Virus record (IMG/VR): IMGVR_UViG_3300017700_000389
Span: 1-44,265 of that record
Source of the DNA: a virus
Lineage: Duplodnaviria > Caudoviricetes
Reading direction: 5' to 3' (one strand)
DNA length: 44,265 nucleotides
Both the position numbers and the translations under genes were made by a program. The notes beneath the pieces are model-generated. The model saw nothing but the letters and a program-made list of their open reading frames with translations. It was not told the origin of the DNA and ran no database searches. This document shows, in pieces, positions 35,813 to 44,265 of this stretch (position 1 is the stretch's first letter; each line of letters opens with the position of its first letter).

Positions 35813-36018
35813 TGCGGCCTATGTCTGACACTGAACTGACAGATCGTGAACTTCGTATTGCACGCTACGCTGCTGATTCTGCCGTCAAGCAGATCACGGA
35901 AGGATTCTATAAGGAGGTTGGCAAGACTGTTGTCAACAAGTTCCTTATCCTCCTTGGAGCCATGGCTGTTGCATTTTGTCTTGGGAAGTACGGACTTCCT
36001 ACCAATCTTTTCAAGTAG
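35809..36018 (+). CDS. Small single-TM membrane protein (possible holin/antiholin)
   Basis: One C-terminal hydrophobic segment FLILLGAMAVAFCLG. Confidence 0.6.
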   Translation: MMRPMSDTELTDRELRIARYAADSAVKQITEGFYKEVGKTVVNKFLILLGAMAVAFCLGKYGLPTNLFK

Positions 36019-36026
36019 GAACTACC

Positions 36027-36248
36027 ATGGCTTACACACCGGTTGCTACTGATGCAACCCAACCAACAGATGACCAGTATGCGAGTACTGCTGCTCTTGA
36101 GTTCCGCACAATCAAAGCGTACCTCAATGGTATCGTTGCTGCTGGTTTGCCTGCATTTCCTGCTGGTGGCGGAGTGCTACAGACGGATGGTGTTAGTGCC
36201 TTCTGGGGTTCTATCACTGACCAATATTCCTTCTTCAACCGAACCTAA
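36027..36248 (+). CDS. Short tail fibre anchor-like protein, 73 aa
   Basis: ATG at 36027 with AGGA RBS; MAYTPVATDATQPTD...AALEFRTIKAYL then GGVLQTDGVSAFWG. Confidence 0.65.
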   Translation: MAYTPVATDATQPTDDQYASTAALEFRTIKAYLNGIVAAGLPAFPAGGGVLQTDGVSAFWGSITDQYSFFNRT

Positions 36249-36262
36249 TTTAGGAGTCAATT

Positions 36263-36649
36263 ATGTCTGGATCTCCCGCATATGCTGCCAATCCGCTGAA
36301 TGCTGCTGTTAACATTGCAGTAGCAAATCCCAATCGCGATGGCACAGGTACCATTGGTACACTGTACACTGCCCCTACTGGTGGCGCTCGAATTGACGAC
36401 ATTTGGCTGAAAGCTAAAGTGACAACTACAGCGGGGATGATTCGTCTGTGGTTGTTTGACGGCACAACCTATCGCTTGCTGCGAGAAATTCTGGTTCCTG
36501 TAGTAGTAGCTTCTGCTACTGTTGCTTCTTGGGAACAGGCTTTGACAGGGCTTGGTATTGTCTTGCAAGCTACTTGGAGTCTGCGAGTAAGTACTGAGAA
36601 GGGTGAAAGCTTTGACGTCAGCATCACTCGTGGTGGCACCTTTGTGTAA
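36263..36649 (+). CDS. Putative tail fibre-associated beta-sandwich protein
   Basis: ANPNRDGTGT.GTLYTAPTGGARID...IRLWL.DG...RLLREI; AGGAG RBS. Confidence 0.65.
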   Translation: MSGSPAYAANPLNAAVNIAVANPNRDGTGTIGTLYTAPTGGARIDDIWLKAKVTTTAGMIRLWLFDGTTYRLLREILVPVVVASATVASWEQALTGLGIVLQATWSLRVSTEKGESFDVSITRGGTFV

Positions 36650-36663
36650 CTAGGAGCATCCTC

Positions 36664-37131
36664 ATGAATGAAGGACTCTTTGGTTTTCCATCACCTGCTC
36701 CATCGGAGATTTGGTTAGCAGGACAACCAGCATACGCTGGTACGTATAGTCGTATTCTTACCAGCTATCCTACCGTGGTACGTAACATTCCAGGGGATAT
36801 GGTTTTGTCCATGGACGCCACTTATGGTGTGGCAGTTACTATTGGCAAACCGGGACTGTACTACGTAGAACTGGCGTGCTATTTCAGCGCACAGACTGAT
36901 GCTGGTATTTCCTTGAATGCTACTCCTTCTGAATGTGCTGCTGCCTTCACTAGTTTGCCCCTGAATAAGATAGTCCTTGGTCAACTGGCAAATGCCGGTA
37001 ATAGCGTCTCTGTCTCCGGCCCAGTCTACTGTGTTCCAGGGGATGTACTACGTCCGCACACTGATGCAGTTAGCTTCAGTGCTGGTAATTCTCGTCATCG
37101 TTTCCGTGTACTGCGTGCAGCCTTAGGCTAA
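36664..37131 (+). CDS. Putative receptor-binding tip protein (C1q/TNF-like jelly roll)
   Basis: VTIGKPGLYYV...GDVLRPHT pattern; AGGAG RBS. Confidence 0.55.
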   Translation: MNEGLFGFPSPAPSEIWLAGQPAYAGTYSRILTSYPTVVRNIPGDMVLSMDATYGVAVTIGKPGLYYVELACYFSAQTDAGISLNATPSECAAAFTSLPLNKIVLGQLANAGNSVSVSGPVYCVPGDVLRPHTDAVSFSAGNSRHRFRVLRAALG

Positions 37132-37140
37132 GGATTACCA

Positions 37141-38784
37141 ATGGCAAAGCAACGGTTCAAGAGTGCTCTTAACGCTGCGACATTTCCACTGGTAAGTATC
37201 TTCCAGCAGCGAACTGTAATGCAGCCACAACTGGACTCAGGTACGCGAGTACCTCAGCCATGGTACGGCACTCCTGAATCTGCTGACATTTCAGTTCCTC
37301 AACTGTTGTACTGTGAGAATGTCATTCCCACTGCTGAAGGGATTCAGTCTGTTGATTACAGCCAGCAGATTCCTCCACTGCTTGGTGCAACGATGTTCGA
37401 CCAAGCCATTACCATTCGTGATGCGGATGAGAACAATTATCTGTTCTCTCCTGCCGGCGGTCTCAATTACATTTACCGTGCAATTACGGGAACCTGGGCA
37501 TCGACGAATCCCATTAGTGCCGCGAATCGCACTGTTACTCGCGCGTACGTCAATGGTCGCACTTTCATCTGCTACCAAGGTCTTGGCATTTATGAGTACG
37601 ATGCTTCAACCAACGTGTTTGCAAAAGTAACCATGACTGGAATTGCAGATGCTGATATTGATGGCATTGCTGCTTCCAACAACTACCTCATTGCTTACGT
37701 AGACCTCACAGTTTACTGGAGTAGTTTGATTGACCCACTGGATTTCATCCCAAGTCTCACCACTGGAGCAGGTTTCAGTATCCCGCAAGACGTGAAAGCG
37801 AAAATCACCGCTGTTCTTGGAACTGCTGGTGGTTTCATCATCTACACTTCCAAGAATGCTGTTGCGGCTGTGTACAGCCAGAACATTCGTGCACCTTTCA
37901 CGTTCAAGGAAATTGCAAATGCTGGTGGTGTGCTCACTTACGAGCAGATCACATCGGATCAAAACTCTGGTCCTCAGTATGCGTGGACAACAGGAGGGTT
38001 GCAGAAGATCACTACTCAGGGGAGTGAGCCTGTCAGTGCTGAAGTGAACGATTTCTTGGCCGGGAAAGTCTGGGAGTCCTGGGATTCTCTTACTAAGACA
38101 CTGACGCAGTTCTATACCAGCGCACCTGAGTTCCAAGTGAAACTTGCGTACATCGCTAGTCGTTACCTTATTATCAGTTACAGTGTGGACAACAGTGGTT
38201 TGTTCCAGTACGCTCTTGTCTATGATACGACACTGAAACGGTGGGGTAAACTGAAGATCGATCACGTTGATTGCTTTCCTTATCCGTATCCCAATGTCAC
38301 TGGGAATCTCCGGTACATGGACCTGACTGCCATCACATACGCTGGTCTTGGCAGTACCAGTTACGCTGGGTTATCTCAAGGTATTGAGAGCGTCACTCCG
38401 TCGAAACGGACAATTGCATTCTTGTCCTCTACTGGTGAGGTGCAAATCCTCAACATGGATTACAACAAGTCCGCTAGTCAACTTGGTGTTGCGATCTTTG
38501 GAAAGTTCCAGTTGATTCGTGCTCGCATGATGACATCGCAGATCATTGACTTTGAAGGAGTCTACAGCAATCCTGCTTTGGCGCCGGAGATTTCTGTTAC
38601 TGTCCTTGCTAGCCTAGATGGATTCAACACGGATTCCATCGTACCGATGATTCTCCTGAAAGCAGGAAAGTTGATCCAGCGGTGGGCCAAGCGAGTAACA
38701 GGATTGAATATGTCAATTGCTGTTGAAGGCGTGTTTGCACTCTCATCTGCGATCTTTGAGGTTACTGCTGAAGGTGACCGATAA
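37141..38784 (+). CDS. Tail nozzle/stabilisation protein (tail tubular B, P22 gp10-like beta-propeller)
   Basis: 547 aa beta-rich; YCENVIPT, VYWSSL.DP.DF and LVYD..LKRWG; position in the tail module. Confidence 0.75.
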   Translation: MAKQRFKSALNAATFPLVSIFQQRTVMQPQLDSGTRVPQPWYGTPESADISVPQLLYCENVIPTAEGIQSVDYSQQIPPLLGATMFDQAITIRDADENNYLFSPAGGLNYIYRAITGTWASTNPISAANRTVTRAYVNGRTFICYQGLGIYEYDASTNVFAKVTMTGIADADIDGIAASNNYLIAYVDLTVYWSSLIDPLDFIPSLTTGAGFSIPQDVKAKITAVLGTAGGFIIYTSKNAVAAVYSQNIRAPFTFKEIANAGGVLTYEQITSDQNSGPQYAWTTGGLQKITTQGSEPVSAEVNDFLAGKVWESWDSLTKTLTQFYTSAPEFQVKLAYIASRYLIISYSVDNSGLFQYALVYDTTLKRWGKLKIDHVDCFPYPYPNVTGNLRYMDLTAITYAGLGSTSYAGLSQGIESVTPSKRTIAFLSSTGEVQILNMDYNKSASQLGVAIFGKFQLIRARMMTSQIIDFEGVYSNPALAPEISVTVLASLDGFNTDSIVPMILLKAGKLIQRWAKRVTGLNMSIAVEGVFALSSAIFEVTAEGDR

Positions 38785-39359
38785 TGTACGGTATTGACAA
38801 CTTCAAGATTCAGCTAGGACTGCCGCCGCTTCCTGCTGAGGACATTCCACCAGAGTTGTACGATAACTTCTTCGAGTTGCATCGTGCAGTTCAGAATCTG
38901 TTGCGTGGTGTATCCCAGTATTCTGGCATTGATGCACCAAGTCAGGAAACTTGGAGTTCGCTAGTTTACAGTGATACGCTGCTGGAGAGTAACCTCACGC
39001 GCATGTATGTTCCTGCTGGTGCAGTCATTGCCCGTGGACAGGTGGTGAACCTGTACAACAATGCTGGTGCGCTGAACGTGCGACTGGCACAGGCCAACAG
39101 CATCGCTACTATGGGACACGGTGTTGCCAACAGTGCTGGCGCCATTGGTGAAACCATTGAGGTGTATTGGGCGCGAGGACTTCTTGATAGTATCGGAGGT
39201 CTCACTGTTGGAACTGTGTACTATCTTTCACCTTCTGTAGCAGGTGCTGTGCAAAACACTAAACCTGTGACAGTCGGGCAGATTGTACAACCCATTGGTC
39301 TTGCTCTCAGTGCCGCAACCATGCTAATGGATATCCCTCTTAACCCGCAACAACTCTAG
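38784..39359 (+). CDS. Tail-associated structural protein
   Basis: TAATG coupling; GGLTVGTVYYLSPSVAG...QPIGLALSA beta domain found in virion proteins. Confidence 0.65.
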   Translation: MYGIDNFKIQLGLPPLPAEDIPPELYDNFFELHRAVQNLLRGVSQYSGIDAPSQETWSSLVYSDTLLESNLTRMYVPAGAVIARGQVVNLYNNAGALNVRLAQANSIATMGHGVANSAGAIGETIEVYWARGLLDSIGGLTVGTVYYLSPSVAGAVQNTKPVTVGQIVQPIGLALSAATMLMDIPLNPQQL

Positions 39360-39367
39360 GAGTTATC

Positions 39368-39865
39368 ATGCCCCCATTCGTCGCAACACTCCTGGCTCAG
39401 GGCCTTGGACTTCTTGGTAACGCTGTGCTTAACAAGGGCAAAGAAGTTATTGAGGAGAAACTCGGTGTCAACATCGAGGAACTCACACAATCTCCTGAAG
39501 GCTTGCAACAGCTTCGTCAGTTGGAGATTGATAACGAGCAGTTTCTGCTGACCAACGCACTGGAAAATCGCAAGATTGATCTTGATTTCTACAAGGTTGA
39601 TGCAGGTGACAGAAACTCTGCTCGCGACATGGGAACTCGTACACAAGAGTCTCCATACGCTAGTTGGTTGGCCAAGAATATCGTACCAATCCTGGCGCTG
39701 ATTATTGTCCTTGGTGGTGGCGCTGGTATCATCTGGAGCGAGACAGAGAGTGTGCGATCCGCACTTCTTGTCATTGTCACTGGTGTTGTGAGCTACTACT
39801 TTGGCACCAGCATGGGAGCTACTCGCACTGCGGCTGCTGTTCAAACTCTGGGAGGTCAAAAATGA
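39368..39865 (+). CDS. Putative holin
   Basis: Amphipathic N-terminus, DRNSAR, two C-terminal TM segments ending YYFGTS; directly upstream of the endolysin. Confidence 0.7.
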   Translation: MPPFVATLLAQGLGLLGNAVLNKGKEVIEEKLGVNIEELTQSPEGLQQLRQLEIDNEQFLLTNALENRKIDLDFYKVDAGDRNSARDMGTRTQESPYASWLAKNIVPILALIIVLGGGAGIIWSETESVRSALLVIVTGVVSYYFGTSMGATRTAAAVQTLGGQK

Positions 39866-40221
39866 GTCTCGGTACTGACCAAGAATTGTTTGCACAAGAT
39901 TTTGCAAACCTGATCCTGTTCGCATTCTCCCAAGGTGATACTGTTCGCATTGGTGAAGTGCAGCGTCCCTTGGAAATGCAGCAGATTTACGTATCCACCG
40001 GCCGTAGCAAGACTATGGATTCTCAGCACATTAAGAAGTGTGCTGGTGATTTGTTCATTCTCCGCGACGGAAAGATTCTTGATCGCGAGCAGATGAAAAA
40101 GTATGGTGATTGGTGGGAAGCTAAGAGTTCTCGCCATCGTTGGGGCGGAAGCTGGCGTGGATTGATTGAATCCAAAAAGAGTGACTTCGTTGATGTGCCT
40201 CATTTTGAATTGAAGTTCTGA
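39862..40221 (+). CDS. Endolysin, M15 family peptidase, 119 aa
   Basis: ATG at 39862 with GGAGG RBS; R...Q, SQH....AGD, WGGSW and DVPHFE motifs. Confidence 0.88.
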   Translation: MSLGTDQELFAQDFANLILFAFSQGDTVRIGEVQRPLEMQQIYVSTGRSKTMDSQHIKKCAGDLFILRDGKILDREQMKKYGDWWEAKSSRHRWGGSWRGLIESKKSDFVDVPHFELKF

Positions 40222-40229
40222 TAACCCTC

Positions 40230-40258
40230 TTGAAGTTTCACGTCTTCTGTGGGATACT
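40230..40258 (+). promoter_or_regulatory. Possible sigma70 promoter TTGAAG-N17-GATACT for the internal virion genes
   Basis: Intergenic position, correct spacing, moderate match to consensus. Confidence 0.35.
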
Positions 40259-40292
40259 GCTGTTAATAGTGATTACTACTTAGGAGTATCTC

Positions 40293-42461
40293 ATGGATAC
40301 GAAAACATTCCAACCTTCTGACATTCTCGCACAACTGCTAGGTCAGAAGACGACGACAGATACCAGCAGCTCTGCTAATGTTGCACCACTGCAGCAGGTG
40401 TTTGATCGTAATATGGCTCCAATGAGCCAAGAGTTGTATAACAATCTCATCACCAGTATTTTCCAGAAGGCTGGTCAGAATGTACCAAGTATCACTGCAG
40501 CTTTGTCGAATGCAACAGGCACTCGCAGCAGTTCTAACTCTCCCCTCGCACTGGCACTGAATCAGCAGAACAATGAAGCAGCTACTGCTGCGGCTGCTGC
40601 CATTCTGGGACAAAACAACACCCAACAACAGATCGCAAGTAATGCTGCAAACGGCATTGCTACGAATACTCGTGGCCAAACTTCTACGCAGAAGACAGGC
40701 TCTGGTACTGATCCCCTCCTGACAATGCTTGGTGGCTGGGCGCTGAATAAGGCTGATAAGTCGGGTCTCATTGACAAGTTTACTGGCGGTGTCAGCGACA
40801 TGTTCGGTGGTACCAACTTCGGTGGCGGCGGTGCTGATGTTAGTTCCATCCCTATGGGCTACGACTACGGTGGTGCGGCTGCTACTCCATTTGGCGGAGG
40901 TGGCACTGATTTCACTAGTTTTGGTGGCGGCGGAGGTGGGGGCAGTGGTTTCGACTTCGGCGGTTTTGGTGACTCCGTAATGTCTGGTGCTAGCGATATT
41001 TACGATACTGTTACCAGCGGTGCTTCGGGCATCTGGGACAGTGTCAGCAGTTTCTTTGGCTTCGCTGATGGTGGAATGCCGAACACAATGATGACCCCAA
41101 TGACAGGCATGCGTACTCGTTACGCTGATGGGGGGATGACACAAGTACAAGATGCTGCTGGTCGCGGAGTCATGGGCTCGCGTCAGAATGTTATTGATGG
41201 CGCTGAAGCAGCAGCAGTGACAGGAAATGATCCGAACGTCATTCTCCGGCAGATTCTCGCTGCCGCTGTTTCTGGACAACCTGCTCCAGTGCAACCACAG
41301 CCACAGGCGCAAGCACCAGATCTCATGGGTTTCATTCAGTATCTGATGAACTCTGGCAGTGGCATCAAACGCAATCAGTTTGCGGATGGCGGTAATCGCA
41401 TGATGACTCCGCTTGTGGGAACACCGAATGGTTACGCTGACGGTGGAGTTGTCCGCAATCGCAACAACATGGGTGGTCCTCTCACTCGTTACGGTGTCAA
41501 CAGCGTCAACTACGGTGACAGCGGTGCCACTGGTTTTGGCGGCGGAGCTGGTGCAAGTAACGCCGGACTACAAGACTTGGTGTCTCGCGCCATTGAAGAG
41601 TACCAGATGGGTAAGGGCGGTGGCAATGCCGGAACTCCTCGCGAACAGGGACCTTCTACAATTGGTGGAACTCTCAACAAGGAACTTGGTGATCCTCAGG
41701 GCAAGGAGATGGGACCCAAAGTAGGAGCTGCTATCGCAGGCACCATGAATCCTGTTCTCGGCATGCTCGTCAGTGTCATGAATGGTGGAAGTCCTACAGA
41801 TGGGGGTTGGGGCAGCGTTGCCAAAACTGCGTACAAACAGTACAAGCAACGTGACACAGCAGAGGGTGCTATCAACGCATCGCCTGATCCTCTTGGTTCT
41901 TTCATCGCAGCGCTCTCACAAGCAAGTGGACCAGACAACATTGGTTTTGATCCTCGCGGTGTCAATCCTGCTACCATTCAAGCTGCTGTCAATAGTCTTG
42001 GAGCCTTCGGTGTTCCTGGAACTCAGACTGCATTGGATACTTCCATGGGTCCTCAGATGCCAGGAACAGTGGTCCCTGGGATTGACCTGAATACTGGACT
42101 TCCCGCAGATCAAACTGTTGGTGGTAATGGTGGCCGGGATCCAACAGATCCTAACAATGGCAACTACGGACTAGGAGCTACTGATCCTTCTGGCTTTGGT
42201 AACATGGGCGGCGACGTCAATGCTTCCACAGGCGGCACTAACAGTGAAGCAGATGGTGGCATTGCCAGTAACTTCCGCATCGTAGGCAAAGGATCTGGTA
42301 CGTCAGATTCCATTCGTATGCAGAGCAAGGAACCTGGTGGTTTAGACGCTCGTTACTCCAATGGTGAGGGTGTCATTCCTGAGGATGTTATCAGTGCCAT
42401 GGGTGGTTGGAAATTTTTTCAACAGATGATTGACCAGTTTCACACTCCTGTGAACCGCTAA
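40293..42461 (+). CDS. Gly-rich internal virion (ejection/pilot) protein with five ADGG motifs
   Basis: Low-complexity Gly/Ser/Gln sequence; C-terminal ADGG...GKGSGTSDSI...SNGEGVIP domain; AGGAG RBS. Confidence 0.75.
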   Translation: MDTKTFQPSDILAQLLGQKTTTDTSSSANVAPLQQVFDRNMAPMSQELYNNLITSIFQKAGQNVPSITAALSNATGTRSSSNSPLALALNQQNNEAATAAAAAILGQNNTQQQIASNAANGIATNTRGQTSTQKTGSGTDPLLTMLGGWALNKADKSGLIDKFTGGVSDMFGGTNFGGGGADVSSIPMGYDYGGAAATPFGGGGTDFTSFGGGGGGGSGFDFGGFGDSVMSGASDIYDTVTSGASGIWDSVSSFFGFADGGMPNTMMTPMTGMRTRYADGGMTQVQDAAGRGVMGSRQNVIDGAEAAAVTGNDPNVILRQILAAAVSGQPAPVQPQPQAQAPDLMGFIQYLMNSGSGIKRNQFADGGNRMMTPLVGTPNGYADGGVVRNRNNMGGPLTRYGVNSVNYGDSGATGFGGGAGASNAGLQDLVSRAIEEYQMGKGGGNAGTPREQGPSTIGGTLNKELGDPQGKEMGPKVGAAIAGTMNPVLGMLVSVMNGGSPTDGGWGSVAKTAYKQYKQRDTAEGAINASPDPLGSFIAALSQASGPDNIGFDPRGVNPATIQAAVNSLGAFGVPGTQTALDTSMGPQMPGTVVPGIDLNTGLPADQTVGGNGGRDPTDPNNGNYGLGATDPSGFGNMGGDVNASTGGTNSEADGGIASNFRIVGKGSGTSDSIRMQSKEPGGLDARYSNGEGVIPEDVISAMGGWKFFQQMIDQFHTPVNR

Positions 42462-42470
42462 GGAACTATC

Positions 42471-44265
42471 ATGGGCATGCAAGCTATCGAAGCACAAAGC
42501 TACGCACCAGCAGCAGACACTCGTCCTGTCAATCAGTTGACGGAAGAAGAAGTTTTGGCGGCTGGTGATTCTGGCACTCCTACCGGAGTCGCTGGTATCA
42601 GTTTGTCTGGCGGCTCTCGCACAGCAAGCAGCACAAGTTACAACACTTGGAACCCTCTGGTTTACGATGCTGCCATCAACTCTGTCACTGAAATGACGAA
42701 GGCTGGGGGAAGTATTGACCAAGCGTTCACCGACATGACTGCCGCGATCACTGCGCGCAAAGCAGCGGAAACTCAACAGGTCACTGCAATCCAGCAGAAC
42801 GCTGAAGATATTGGTGCTGCTGGTGCTGCACATGCTGCAGTTGTAGGAGCGCAAGCTGCTCGTCGCAACAACATCCTGTCTGTCGCCAACATCAATCCTG
42901 ACCAGATCGACAATCAGTTCCGCATGGCAGTTGAGAACATCAACCGTACTAGTGCGCTCGCTGAGCCGCTTGGTCAGGAGATTGATCGTCGCATGGCGGT
43001 AGGAATCTTTGACAATCCTTTGGAATGGTTAGTCAACCAAGTGCGACTCCCAGGAATGGTGGGACAGTACAACGCTATTGCTGGTGAGCAGAATCGTGCC
43101 ATCACCACGGCGAAGAATCTCCAAGCACTGGCGACAAGTCAGATTGCAATCTCTGACAACATGGATGCTGATGCCATTGCCAAGGACATCCTTGCAGATT
43201 CCGCTGTCCGAGCCAGCGCCGCAGTTGCGAAACTACGGGAAGTGCAAGCTACTACGGCAGGTGCGGGTGTGCGCGATGCAGCGAATACTCTTGCAATGCA
43301 AACCAATAAGGCGGATCTCAACCTCCGTGTTTTGGCGCTGACCAAGGAGCGCACTACGGAATCCTCAGCAGAATCGGAACGGCAGAGCAAGGCTGCTGCT
43401 GAACAGGCTCAGATCGACGATGTCAATCGTTACCTGAAAATGATTGGTAGTAATCGTCAGTACACGGCTCCTACTTTCAAACTGCTCGGCACCAAAGAAA
43501 AGACCCAGTTGCTGGAACTGTCTGGCACTGGCATCATTGCCAAGAACTTCTCCACTGCGATGAATGTCATTGACAGCATGGGCAGTGCTAACAACATTGC
43601 CAATGAAGGCGACAGTGCTGCGATGAACTGGTTCAAAGGAACCATCAGTGAAGCCAACAGTCTCAGTCAGAAGAATCTGGAAATGGCAAAGGCCACTGCC
43701 ATTGGAACTGGTAAGGTTCTTGATGAACGTGGCCACTTGCTGCAAACACTGGACAACATGCAAACAGTGTACCAGAATCAGGCTGCTACTGATCTCCGCA
43801 CTGCCAGCGACAACAACCCAGTGAAACTGAATTACACGTTCCTGGCAAAGCAACCACTGTTCAAGGGCAATGCTGTAGCAGACTACATCAATGAGTTTGG
43901 TCCTGCTGGTAAGACTCCGGCATTCTCCAAAGTTGATGAAGTCAACATCCTTGACAAACTGTCAAACCAAGGGATGTTGAATCCTGCTTTGATTCCATCG
44001 CTGGCGAAACAAGTCACAGACTTCTACCGTCAAGGTTCCATTGTGCAGGCTGAGAGCACAAAGTATCCGCTCTTTGGCATTGATAAACCAGCAGGTTACA
44101 ACGTCATTCTTCCTTCTACGAATGCTAGCTTCTTCAGTAGTCGCGTGGCAGAAGGAACTGCTGGCAAGCCAATTGACCTGACAAATCAGGCAGCAGTGGA
44201 ACTGTACCTTACCAAGAACATTGCTCGCAAGATCAATGCTACTCCAAGTCTCCTGAACATCATGA
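42471..44265 (+). CDS. Internal virion protein, 606 aa, continuing across the circular junction to position 149
   Basis: ATG at 42471 with AAGGA RBS; Ala/Gln-rich helical sequence; frame matches the frame ending at 147-149; absent from the ORF track because no stop falls before the window end. Confidence 0.85.
   Translation, partial: MGMQAIEAQSYAPAADTRPVNQLTEEEVLAAGDSGTPTGVAGISLSGGSRTASSTSYNTWNPLVYDAAINSVTEMTKAGGSIDQAFTDMTAAITARKAAETQQVTAIQQNAEDIGAAGAAHAAVVGAQAARRNNILSVANINPDQIDNQFRMAVENINRTSALAEPLGQEIDRRMAVGIFDNPLEWLVNQVRLPGMVGQYNAIAGEQNRAITTAKNLQALATSQIAISDNMDADAIAKDILADSAVRASAAVAKLREVQATTAGAGVRDAANTLAMQTNKADLNLRVLALTKERTTESSAESERQSKAAAEQAQIDDVNRYLKMIGSNRQYTAPTFKLLGTKEKTQLLELSGTGIIAKNFSTAMNVIDSMGSANNIANEGDSAAMNWFKGTISEANSLSQKNLEMAKATAIGTGKVLDERGHLLQTLDNMQTVYQNQAATDLRTASDNNPVKLNYTFLAKQPLFKGNAVADYINEFGPAGKTPAFSKVDEVNILDKLSNQGMLNPALIPSLAKQVTDFYRQGSIVQAESTKYPLFGIDKPAGYNVILPSTNASFFSSRVAEGTAGKPIDLTNQAAVELYLTKNIARKINATPSLLNIM
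44143..44265 (+). repeat. Terminal direct repeat, right copy
   Basis: Identical to 1-123. Confidence 0.97.

Larger units (their letters stand above)
1..44265. mobile_element. Complete dsDNA phage genome, podovirus-like and apparently lytic, unit length 44142 bp
   Basis: TerS-TerL-portal-scaffold-capsid-tail-internal protein order on +, replication genes on -, exact terminal overlap, no host housekeeping genes, no integrase or repressor recognised. Confidence 0.97.

Noticed and set aside
34932-37131. Diversity-generating retroelement or invertible tail-fibre cassette
   Set aside because: No reverse transcriptase, no template/variable repeat pair and no recombinase

Overview
The window is a complete, circularly closed genome of about 44.1 kb (1-123 is identical to 44143-44265) from a lytic podovirus-like dsDNA phage, probably of a proteobacterial host. 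It has two divergent arms. The minus-strand early/replication arm (24395 down to 5281) holds a RecD-like SF1 helicase, Cas4-like nuclease, AAA_24/Sak4-like ATPase, SSB-like protein, family A DNA polymerase, DUF3987-like ATPase, NTP pyrophosphohydrolase and many small ORFs. The plus-strand late arm (26601 across the junction to 5284) holds TerS, TerL, portal, scaffold, capsid, short-tail proteins, holin, M15 endolysin and three internal virion proteins. I recognised no integrase, repressor, RNA polymerase, primase, spanin, tRNA or CRISPR array. The most striking part is the 1.2 kb control region between the arms. It contains a perfect sigma70 early promoter, a dyad-symmetric iteron-flanked origin-like element and DnaA boxes. 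It also contains what looks like a full sigma54 enhancer promoter (three NtrC-like sites at a 20-bp period, an IHF site and a -24/-12 element) driving one solitary gene. That gene appears to have a distant paralog under a sigma70 promoter, which suggests a phage module that senses host nitrogen status. Other notable items are structured intergenic RNA candidates, a His at the polymerase 762-equivalent position, and a UGA codon at an expected Cys position. All protein calls come from motif recognition by eye; no database searches were run.
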